DNA from: Phoronis australis
Lineage: Eukaryota; Animalia; Phoronida
Direction of reading: 5' to 3'
Length of the DNA: 64,000 nucleotides
Assembly (NCBI GenBank): GCA_002633005.1
Contig: NMRA01000195.1
Coordinates: 537,628-601,627, forward strand
Shown: positions 1 through 10,040 of the stretch, piece by piece
Layout of the letters: every line of letters begins with the position of its first letter
Position numbering within the stretch: the stretch's first letter is position 1
The notes under the pieces: model-generated
What the model was told of the DNA's origin: nothing
The model's input: the letters and a program-made list of their open reading frames with translations, nothing else
Databases searched by the model: none
Position numbers and translations under genes: made by a program

Positions 1-93
1 TCTGAGATACGCATGCTTCAGTGGTCGTTTATACCATACAAGGTTCGTTCGATTAGTAATTTTAATGACCTTTATTGGACAATAGTCACTTAC

Positions 94-115
94 AGGGTCC
101 GCATTTTTCAGGTGC
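94..115 (-). CDS. KHK: Candidate 22-nt KHK micro-exon (xHLKNADP)
   Basis: AACAG|GCACCTGAAAAATGCGGACCCT|GTAAGT. One frame reads HLKNADP and ends in phase 0, where vertebrate exon 5 ends (..GYGDV|). It is in frame only with the weaker upstream donor at 212. Confidence 0.5.
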
Positions 116-197
116 CTGTTATTCAGGGGAGAAAACTGCTCTTCAGTATGCTGGAACCAATTAAGCGACTATCACCCTTAATGCCACAGCGACTTAC

Positions 198-330
198 TCA
201 GGCCATTCAACCTTTTCTCCAGCTCCACTGACACCGTGATTCTCGATGACTGACAATTTCCCACAGGTGACTTGTTAAAAGTGTCTATCGTCAACATCAT
301 TTTCTTGATTTCATCGAAATTATAGCGACC
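198..330 (-). CDS. KHK: Ketohexokinase coding exon 5 (3' boundary ambiguous: 198 or 212)
   Basis: TTTTCATCCCAG acceptor, then GRYNFDEIKKMMLTIDTFNKSPVGNCQSSRITVSVELEKRLNGL (cf. human GRNASEQVKMLQRIDAHN...IRVSVEVEK). A GTAAGT donor starts at 197, and read-through hits TAA. Confidence 0.88.
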
Positions 331-1930
331 CTGGGATGAAAAGAAATCCATGATTAAAGGACTTTAGAAAGACCTGTGGAAAATCAATGAAAGATCTTGC
401 ACAGCAATCTTCTTGTCTGGACAAAGAGGGTATTTCACTGAAATACCGATTTTGGCCACAGGAGCATTGGGAAGTTGATGCAAAGTTTGTCCGTACATGT
501 AGCTGAATCATTAAGATAACGAGAAACAGCTGTTACATGGCAAGAAATGGCGGGAAATTGGTGAAGAAAAGACAAATGCTCTATTGTAAATACAATTGTG
601 AGGAATTATTCGGATCCATTGAGGGAAAACTCAGACAGTTGTTCAGATCTAGTGTGATTTGAAATTTCCCCACCCACATACGGTAAAGAGAAGAATGGTT
701 TTGGACGCCACTTCACCAACATTTACTCGAGACTAGCCAGGAACATTGACCAATCGTATTACGTGGACTTTGACCCGAATCCCGAGTGAATTCGGTGGTC
801 ACTGCACTTTACGATGGCATCTATCATCGAAATTGCTAGGGCAGCTGGTTTAGAGATTGAATATGGCTGATAAGGCGACATACACAAGCATTAAGGGTGA
901 ACCCGAACAATTGCTTCTGCATTCGTTGACTTACTATCTAGATTCAAGACAATGATGTTCTGATTGAAAGTTTCCATGCCGCAATTTTATCCTAAATTGT
1001 GAACGCGTTTTGTGATAATGGCGCAAACGTGGTTAAAGTTCACGCGTCCGTCGGACATTTCAATTCTTCCCACCTTTCCAATGCCCGCCCGGTGCTAAAT
1101 ACACAGGAGCAATTATATGCGCCCATTCGCATTGCATACGATAAGATACAAGGGGTGGTCAGACGAAAATTCAACTTAGCACTAGGGGGTGCCATAGAAA
1201 ACAAATCCGTCCAAAATGCTCAATAGCAGCACACATATATAAAAGTAAATTTAATGAAGACGCTTTAAGAGGTATTGAGACCAACATAACGGAGACATAA
1301 ATTGCCACTTGAGAGAGCATATAAAAGTTAGATCTGGCCAAAATCAACTCAAGCTAATGCTTTCTTCAGTACGAAAACGTACTCAGAATTTTATGACGAT
1401 CCATTGAATAAAAGGTTAAGACATTGAGGCAGTTAGTCAAATAAATTGCCACTGCAGAGTGCCAAATTGGTTGCATGTGTGCGGAAATGAATGACAGCAA
1501 TGCCCTCCTCAACAGAATCCCTCAGGCCAAATTCCATAAAGGCATGTTAAAGAATTTGTTAAGTATCAATTAAAGCAGACGGAAAGAAAACTGAAATTTC
1601 CACTAGGGTGCACAGAAGTAGATAAGCCCGATAATTTGGGGACACAGAATTGGTCGAGTCTCTTTTGAACTGGGCAGGTGTCTTTCTCTCTCTCTCTTTC
1701 TCTCTCGTATTTTCCAGCTTTCTAGAATAGGGAATTTTTAAATGATGAAGTATACTCAAAGAAAACGACCATAGACGTGTCCCAAACTCAACGTCAGTCG
1801 TGTTCTTCTCAGTAGAATGACATGTACGAAGTTTCGTGAACATCCGTCAAAGCCTTTGGTATGTTGGTTAATGTTTATTATTAAAATTCACAGTTAAGTC
1901 CAGAAATTTCTGGAAAGCATTATATTTGGT

Positions 1931-1964
1931 CGTATCTCTTAACTTGGGTAAGTTAAGAGATACG
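1931..1964. repeat. Perfect 15-bp inverted repeat with 4-nt spacer in a KHK intron
   Basis: CGTATCTCTTAACTT-gggt-AAGTTAAGAGATACG. Confidence 0.85.
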
Positions 1965-2252
1965 TAGACGCCAGATGGACGCCTGGAAAGAGATGACGGC
2001 AGTATGCCCCTGTAGGTGTTTGGATTAATTCAAATGTTTTTGTTATAAACAATAAAATAGTCATATTTTGAAATCACGAATTAGATCTTTTCATGCTCTA
2101 CTGATGCCAATGCAGCAAAAGAGAGAGAGAGGAGTACATCGGTCCCCACACTTTACTTTGCATATTTTCTTGCCCGGAAGGGACCTTGGGGAAAGGGTTT
2201 TGCCAATCAATATTGGACTGTTTTAGTCAATATTATCCTTTACACTCTTTAC

Positions 2253-2334
2253 CTCAAAGTGAATCCAATCGTAGTGTCCTTTTGTTACGTCAATGGCTCT
2301 AGTGAAATCTTCGTGCTTCAATTCTGGTAAGTTT
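2253..2334 (-). CDS. KHK: Ketohexokinase coding exon 4
   Basis: TTTTCCAG acceptor, then NLPELKHEDFTRAIDVTKGHYDWIHFE (cf. human [24 protein letters not shown]). 82 nt, GAG|GTAAAG donor, phase 0. Confidence 0.93.
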
Positions 2335-3040
2335 CTGGAAAATATATCAATAAAGTTGGATATTTAATTTAAAAATACAAGAAATGACGGCAGTGGATTC
2401 CACTTCCGAGGTCCCTCCAAAAAATCAAATCAACAAAACCGTATATGACATCATGCCAATGCCTGCACTAGATTCACTTCACCTCTTAAGTCTGGGCAAC
2501 CAGTTAATACATCTTAGCTGTAGACCGAAAGACCTTAATTTGCACTTGTGTGTTGCGAGAAATTTTCACTAATGGAACGATAACAGTGTTTTCAATCCCA
2601 CAATTCAGTCTAACCGACCAATTACTCCCGAGCATACTCAAGAGGAACTCGAGGTCTTGGGAAGAAACAAGAAACTTGATTTACAAACACCCTTCCGAAC
2701 GATTCTCCATGACGACTTCCGGCTTAAAACCAATCTAATGGTTGAGACTAAGAATCTAGCGAAGGAATCTACCGTGGTAACGCGTTTTGCTTGTAATACA
2801 TGATGATAAGTCGCGAGGTTTTGCGTGATCTTGCGTTTTCATGAGGTTCCCTCACCTAGTACACGTATGTTCGATTGACGCGGCTGAACTAGCGGAGTGA
2901 ATAAAGTGCAGCCAATCTTTCATCAGCCACCCAAAATCCGTTGTATCAAGGGTCATTACAAACTACACTCCCCAATATAACTTAAGGCTCATAAACTACG
3001 CGCACTAGCTCGCTTGTACATGTACCAAACCCAAACATAC

Positions 3041-3175
3041 TTGATTGAGCCTAAGACTGTTCGGGAGCCAGTTTTCCGGCTGAGAATAACCACCGCTGTA
3101 GGACAGTTGGAGCCGGACACGCGTATACAGTTGCTGAAGTCGATACCGTGCCGACTAAAATCATCCAGAATTACT
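3041..3175 (-). CDS. KHK: Ketohexokinase coding exon 3
   Basis: TTTTACAG acceptor, then VILDDFSRHGIDFSNCIRVSGSNCPTAVVILSRKTGSRTVLGSI(K) (cf. human FVLDDLRRYSVD...GSRTIL). 135 nt, GTATGT donor. Confidence 0.95.
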
Positions 3176-4679
3176 CTGTAAAACATGACATTTGAAAATT
3201 CGATTAGGTAAACTATGTATTTTACACGGTTTTAGGGAGTCATCACAGAATTCTGTTCAGGAAAAGGGAAAAACGGGGCAGGAAAAAAGAAAGAAAAGAA
3301 TACGATTTAAAATGATATCGACCCGAGTTCGTTCCACTAAACTATTTACAACACCCAATTTAAAATTCATCAAGAAGACAAGTTTGAAGCTTCCAAGAAC
3401 GCGGTCGCATATACTTTGATTTGACAACTTGCAGTTGCAAAACTGGGGTCCATTTTATGCAAGACCCAAATCTAGGCCGTAGCTGGAGCTTAGATAATCG
3501 CAGGCTCGCTATTGCACCGCGGCGCTGCGTTTTCAGAAAATGTGACAACTGTCGTAAAGTTGGCCACTGTTCATGTTCAGGCTACTTCGAACACCTTCAC
3601 CAGTCATGTTTTAACATAGTTCATTAAAATGAACTATGTGCAGATTCAAATTTACGGCCGTCAAAGGCCCGATTCGATACTTTAGATAAAAAGGTTCGCA
3701 GTGACCGGTTAAATAAAACAATGGCCTCAACTAGGTTCCCTACATCTTCAGCACACTTGCTGACATGATGCTCCTTTTATACTTGTGACATTTCGAAAAA
3801 ACATAATTAAAAATGAGTGCAATGCAAACAAATAAGAATTTCAAAGTCATAAATCAGGGACGTTGAAAAAGTCCCTAACAATCAACGTACAACGTGGAGT
3901 TGACTCACGCTATATCTACATAACTCAAACCTTGACGTTCTCATAAAGATAAAATACTAAGAGAAATAGAAAAAAAACAGTGAGTCCATATTGGATCTGC
4001 TTCCTGCAACCGGCCACCGGTCACTACATACTCCTTAATTAGGTGAGCGGAGAATTTTTTGTTTGGGCAAAGCTCATAGTACACCATTACTCGATGCCAT
4101 GCCAGTTCCATGACATTTCCAGCCGGATAAAGCCACCCTTTTGATCTTGGTCTTAAGCAATAGAACTAACTGACAATTCTTCTCTGTCCGGTTGCATGAT
4201 GGGGACTCAACTAAGTTCCATGAATATTTCGCACATGTGTGGCGTCCTTTACTAGCTTGTCTCTGACTAGCGACATTTCCTTATAGTATAACTAAAAGCT
4301 GAGCCCCTGGTTCAGTTACAATAAATATGGACTTAACCCTGACATTTGGGAGGTTGCATTAAAAGATCCCTTCTTATATTCAACAACATTGGGAATTCAA
4401 CGTAGAGCTTACTCTAGATTAGTTCCAAATCCAAAAAATTGACTTAGTAATGAAACTAAAACAACATAAGGAAGACAATTCAATCAGTCTTTTCAGAAGT
4501 CCACAAACATGTAATAGCTTTAGGGAATTTAGTTCAGCCCCTATATGGGCGCTCAAGTCACGAAATCCACCTTTATCTGGACAAGGATCAGTTCGACACC
4601 GGTTGAATTACGGTTAAGTGGTGTTAATAAAAATGCGATGGACTTGCAGCAGCTTTAGCTACAATAAAGCAGAACTTAC

Positions 4680-4796
4680 TGCGACATCTCCGATTGTGCT
4701 ATAGTTCCAAAGTATTCGCAAGTTGCGTCAAGCTGCTTCAAAACAGTGCACATATTAGACGCGTTGCCGCCACGACACCATTTTTGCTCGAGACAC
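4680..4796 (-). CDS. KHK: Ketohexokinase coding exon 2
   Basis: CTCTCGTAG acceptor, then (R)CLEQKWCRGGNASNMCTVLKQLDATCEYFGTIAQSEMS(Q), containing the PfkB signature RGGNASN. 117 nt, GTAAGT donor, phases compatible with exons 1 and 3. Confidence 0.95.
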
Positions 4797-5978
4797 CTAC
4801 GAGAGACACTACGTGTAGACACAATAAATTAAAAAACTATATAATACATAACAATACCATTCAGTATAATACAACAATATGTAATTAAATATGCAAGCCT
4901 TGGGGACTGAACAAAATGTGAGAGAACGGTGCTGTTGAGGCAGACTATAGAGCTGACCTAATAGGGGAAGTTGCAACTGAACCATTGACTTAATTTGAAA
5001 AGAACTTCAAACGGCACATACTAATTCCTCGAGGGAGATTCTTGGGAAAACAGGAGAAATTCCGTCGAGATTCGCCAGGCGACATTTAGAAATGACATTA
5101 ACCCTTTAACGGATAACGAAAACAGATACAGAATTTAGGATGTGTCACGTCCGGGTGTCATGCATGCGTTTGTCTGCTCAGTGTTGCCGGGAAAGCCGGG
5201 ATGCTAAACTGTACTTGTGTCTCCTCGAAATTCTACTAAAAGAAATGACATGTCCAGCTTGTATTTTTTCTTTTCAGTGGTGCTGCTGCAGATGACCGAT
5301 ATTCGTCATATACTTATTTATGTACTTTAAGTATCACGTATCTTTTTAAATTATAATACCAACGCTATCGAATATTTTTTATGCCTGTATATCAGGAACT
5401 CCATGACAACTGAACGCAGCATGATTTTTTAAACCCCACGCTACGTTAACTAGGCCAAGCCAAATTGCAAACTTCAAACTGGAATAAATGAAGTTAGCAG
5501 CAGTGAATTCTAGTCCGTAAATGATGTTATCATGTTTAAATGGACATTTCGCCGCCGTTAAGCTGTCAATGTATACAACTATGCCCACTCCAATCTTGAA
5601 TTGCGTCGGAATAAGCCAACAAATTACGTAACAAACAATGCGCGCACGCACAATATCGCAATGTTATTGTTGGCTAACCCAAATAAACTCTGAAGCGTTT
5701 TTTTTCAGTCGTTGATGGCTACGATGCTCTTGTTGGTAATGGAAATATAAAACCCCGTTCTATAGTAAGGAATACGATGAGACCAATTTTATGAGAGTCA
5801 AAAGGCCTAATTTGGTTTTCGTTTTATCCAGTTTACAAGGCGATATTTATCTTTAGTTACGAACGCTACCTCGCTCTATCAAAGAACGAAAACAAGACTA
5901 GATATTGACACAAATAAAGTTGAGACAGGTCAAGTAAATTTAATACTATTAATAATTAATAATATTGGCAACACTTAC

Positions 5979-6070
5979 CGTTCGTCGGAGTCTTCTTCCG
6001 GGTATTGATCGAACGTGTGAATTTGGTCGATGCATACCAGTCCGACGCAAAGAACAGCGGGTTTCATCAT
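5979..6070 (-). CDS. KHK: Ketohexokinase (PfkB family) coding exon 1
   Basis: Minus strand translates MMKPAVLCVGLVCIDQIHTFDQYPEEDSDE(R), matching the KHK N-terminus (human [31 protein letters not shown]). 92 nt, followed by a GTAAGT donor, phase 2. Confidence 0.93.
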
Positions 6071-6280
6071 TCAGACTAATCTGAATAAAACGTAAATAAC
6101 TGAGATAACGGTGCGTGATAACTTGGTATGTGCATGTACAGTATGTGGTCCTCAGTGTCCGAATGCTGTGAGAACGTGACAGGGACCTCAGTGCCCGGTG
6201 CGTGAAACAGTCCCTAACTTTTAGGAATGTCCTGTGCCCGGTTGCATGAAACAGTCACAAAATGTTTGGAGTGTCCTTAA

Positions 6281-7183
6281 AGGAGAATGCCACTCAAAAA
6301 ACAACAAATTTTGTATTAATTTAGATCGAGTGGTTACGCGACAACGGCACGTTCGGTGGCGTTACCTGACACCTGACGGCCGGCAGGCGGAGGTGTTGAA
6401 ATTATCCAATGACGTAATTGGTTTCACACGCAGTCTGTTCAACAGTTCACAACACGGGTTACTGGTGTCAGCTTATCGCTTAAGTTCATCGTTTAACACC
6501 AACACATCATCAAACTTCGATGTAAAATCCCTAAAAATACACCGAGTTATAAAAACGTGTTGGTTTACTTCGCTCTTACGGATTTACTGGTATTTGGACA
6601 CACCGTATTCTATGAAGTTCGGCAGGCCACATTAATTTGTCCGTAGCACCGAGGAGTTGGGGGTCTGTTCAGAGATAAATTCGAAATATTCTTCCGTGAA
6701 ATACAGACAGGAGATCCTCTATCTGTGTTGTTTAACTTGTGATTTTTTGAGTTCTAAACACACAAAACGCTTGTTATCACGGCCAGTGGCTCGGCGGAAC
6801 CCGATCAGGCCCGTCGCGACCGCCGGGTCTGGCACGAACATAAACCAGCTTGAGTTGGAAACTAAACCTCCAGCCACGAAAAGACTATAATACTGAGCCA
6901 AAGAAATAATGTGCGCGTAATTTTGTGAGAAGTATCCACGAAACTCAGTGAAAATCTTACTTGTCAGGGGCCGCGATGTCGGGTTCCCCTTCCACAGACC
7001 GTCAGGGCAAAGGCTGTACAGTAGCAAACCCCCCTCCCGACCTCCCCCCATTCGGTGCTATGCGCATCTACAATGGTTCTTTGCGCAAATGTTTACAGAC
7101 AAAATGTTGGCACCCCCTTGCCACTGGGATACAGACCTATTAAGACGGTAAAAAAGACTAATTAAATCGGGTGGCATTCTCCT
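6281..7183 (+). mobile_element. Non-autonomous Kolobok-type DNA transposon, copy 1 (internally deleted)
   Basis: TTAA TSD (6277-6280, 7184-7187). TIRs AGGAGAATGCCAC...GTGGCATTCTCCT. Body aligns by eye to 43610-44304 and 45138-45194 and to the inverted copy ending at 18186. Confidence 0.85.
7019..7126. mobile_element. Short CAGT(A/G)GC...GCCACTG MITE at the deletion junction of Kolobok copy 1
   Basis: Termini CAGTAGC / GCCACTG. Internal sequence CCCCTCCCGACCTCCCCCCATTCGGTGCTATGCGCATCTACAAT is shared with 18571-18687. Confidence 0.65.
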
Positions 7184-7552
7184 TTAAGTCTTAAGGACGT
7201 CCCTAAAGTTTAGGGACTGTTGCACGAAAAGTTCCCAGTTAGTTTAGGCATTAAATAGGGACTCGCCTTTTGGGGTTACATAAAGTAAGTCCCTAAGTTG
7301 AGTCCCTAGCAATAAAATGGCTGATCAAGCTCATATTGCTGTTGAAAAAAGAATTTTTCCTCAATCCGCGAATGATATTCCAAACGTTGTTTGCCGATTC
7401 ATAACTAGACGTCTCTTCCCGTTCACTGATGAACTCTCAATGTCCGCACATGTAGTGTTCTTTAACTCACGCGCCAAATATCAACTAACTTGATGCATCC
7501 GGGTAAAATACAAATAAAGTAAGTCTTGACATCAGCGTAGGCCTACACAGCA

Positions 7553-7786
7553 CAGTGGCAGATCTAGGATGCCATAAGGAGGGGGGTGCGACAAAAAATT
7601 TCGGGGAATTGGCCCGAAAGTTGCGGTGCGGGGCTGGGTTTGTGAACCTTCTGTCCGGAAAATCTATCGGTGGACTAAAGAAAAAAAAAACAAAAAAACG
7701 ACAACGCCATCTGGATTCCGTGCCGCCCTTTCTCCGCTACCGGTCCTAGTTACTGAACTCAATATTTTCTCACGTTTCACGCTGTT
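7553..7786 (+). mobile_element. Truncated copy of the CAGTGGCGGATC MITE family (hAT5-like)
   Basis: Starts CAGTGGCAGATCTAGGAT. Shares GGCCCGAAAGTTGC, AAAATCTATCGGTGGACTAAA and GGTCCTAGTTACTGAACTCAATA with 9710-10040; right end missing. Confidence 0.7.
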
Positions 7787-9709
7787 GTTCTGTTGTTCTC
7801 TTGTTGATAAGCTGTTACAAATTTCGTGGCTCGCGATTTCTGGTTTAGGCAGTAGGCCTATCGCGTTTCTTAATCAATGAAAATGTTACTGAACAACTGT
7901 TGTAAATGCCGACTCAGACCAATCTCCGAACCGGGAATCTAACTGGGGCCAATCATGTACGCTTGTACGGATGTACTTGCATTAAAAGTGAGTTAAAATG
8001 GGTCTGAATTGAAGGTAAATTGGTGATTTTCGACACATCAGTCATCACTGTGACTGTGGCCGCTTGGACTTCGACTTCAGAGTTCAGTCTTATTACACCT
8101 AACTACTTTGGAAACAAGTCGGATATAATGTTCCCTGGTTTTCGGTCAACATGTTGTAATAACTTCACTAGTTACACCTCACAGAGTCAGACTGGTAGTG
8201 TTAGCCAGATGGAACAAACCAGTGACAGCAAATGTCTAGACTTGACCAGGCGAATACAGTGTTGTTGGTCACTTTATACCAGGGAAAATGGGAAGCAAAC
8301 AAACAGGACAAGGACATGGTCGAAAAAAGTTGATGGATGCAACAACTGAATAACATTCCTTAATTACTCAGTGGATTAGACTGTGACCACCGTCTCTAAC
8401 TGGCATTTTGTTTTGTTCAAAACTCACACAGCTGCAGAAATCAGCAACAATGGATGTCAGCAATCTCATTGCTCAGTCTAAAGATCGACAGGAACATGTA
8501 CTAATGGATTGATTCGCCATCTGTTTCTAAGAAGCCAACAGGAGCAAAGAGTTAGTTGACCATGAGCATTCAGTATCTTAGAAATGTCAACAATCCAACC
8601 ATTTCTTGTCAAATTTCATGTCCTAAGATTCAACTGAGCAACTTAATCGGAAACTGTTGTTTAAAATCAGTACATCTTTGGATGATCTTTGCAAAACTTC
8701 AGAAAAAAGTGTGCTTAGACTTCCCATGAGGAACCTGGATGACAAGCCGCTTCTTTGCCAAAATTGTGAAAGAAGTGGAAAATCCTCCACATGGGCTACC
8801 ACTTCAGTTACTATGTGCCATTCACTACATATTGGTAAGAATGAATTCACTGTAGCCATAATGTATGGGATACATGTAGATGTTTGCCAAAAATCCTCAA
8901 CTCAACTTCTGTACAGAGGCTATCGACTGCTACGTGCATTCGTCATCATGCTGGCAATGGTGTATGTTTGAACATTTTTCATGGCAAGAGATGGATCACG
9001 TTTATAGCTTATAATTGACCTATCGCAATCTCCGCCCCTATGCGAAAAGTCACGTGATACCCAACATTCGAACGAGCTGTCAGAGGCAAATACACTGTCG
9101 CTAAACGACGTTCCTGGTGGAATCGGTGAGTGTTTTTGCACTATTTGAAAACGCGTCGACAGAGACAAGAAGCGATGCTTTTCAACAGTGAATTGTACGC
9201 TCATGATATGGGAATTTGTAAAGGTGACGATGAAAAAATAAGTGCTCGAGAAGCCAGAGAAAATCCGAAGAACCCCTCGGCCTCGGGGCTACCTTCACCT
9301 GACAAATGACAAGGCCACTGATACGATATGTTCATGTAAAGCTGGATATGTACCTTAAAGTCCAATTATGTGTACGATTCCATAGATTTCATGACCTTTC
9401 GAATAAAATCAGTGAAGATTCACCGATATTTTTATTCTGTCGTCTGCTAAATTTCGCCAAATGAAAAGTAGGTCACAACTGGTGGGACTCCTGGAGTAAA
9501 GTAGGTCATAGATTACAGACAACACATGCACTACAGTCTCTGACTAGATCGACTCGATAGCTTTTCTTATCTTGTCACGAAATATTTTGATAAAAAAATT
9601 CAGGTTCATAACTCAGGTACACACTCATCTCGTCCTGGACAAACAGTTAGCTCCGGTAGCCTAGGTACATGTATAGGGCTGTGTCTCAGTAAAATTAATG
9701 TCTGGATTT

Positions 9710-10040
9710 CAGTGGCGGATCTAGGATACCACAGGGGGGCCCAACACATGTTGCCTCGTGGAATTGGGCAAAGTGCGATTGTATGTGCACAGGCGGCCCG
9801 AAAGTTGCAGGGGCCAGGGATGTAGACCGTTGGACCTTTTGTTCAGAAAATCTATCGGTGGACTAAAAAAAACAGGAACACGATTCCGCCGCGATCTGGG
9901 GTCTGAGCCCCCCCTCTTCCGCTACAGGTCCTAGTTACTGAACTCAATAATTCCTCACGCTTTTGCTGTTTCATTTTGCTTGCGGCAGCCAAGGGGGGGA
10001 GGGCTGGGGTCTCTGCCACCCCCCCCTAAATCCGCCTATA
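9710..10040 (+). mobile_element. MITE, CAGTGGCGGATC...AATCCGCCTAT family (hAT5-like)
   Basis: Imperfect TIRs CAGTGGCGGATCTAGG / CCTAAATCCGCCTATA. Flanks GATTT / GAATT (5-bp TSD, one mismatch). Homologous to 12781-13096 (inverted). Confidence 0.75.

Larger units (their letters stand above)
6236..7504. mobile_element. MITE-like element (Harbinger-like ends) interrupted by the Kolobok copy; partial duplicate left end at 6193
   Basis: Left end GCCCGGTTGCATGA versus right end TGATGCATCCGGGT. Internal GTCCCTAA/TTAGGGAC motifs occur on both sides of the TTAA into which the Kolobok copy inserted. Confidence 0.45.

Noticed and set aside
1000-1268. TE-like fragment (minus strand TGRALERWEELKCPTDA, end GCT|TTAA)
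   Set aside because: Suggestive of a Kolobok-type MITE, but no matching second end or second copy was found in the window.
1960-2012. Possible KHK exon after CCTACAG (GHTAVISFQ...)
   Set aside because: No KHK similarity and it runs into a stop. The true exon 5 is at 198-330.
6234-7151. ORFs inside Kolobok copy 1 as host genes
   Set aside because: They lie within a multicopy TE, are not kept open in the sister copies and show no recognisable domain.
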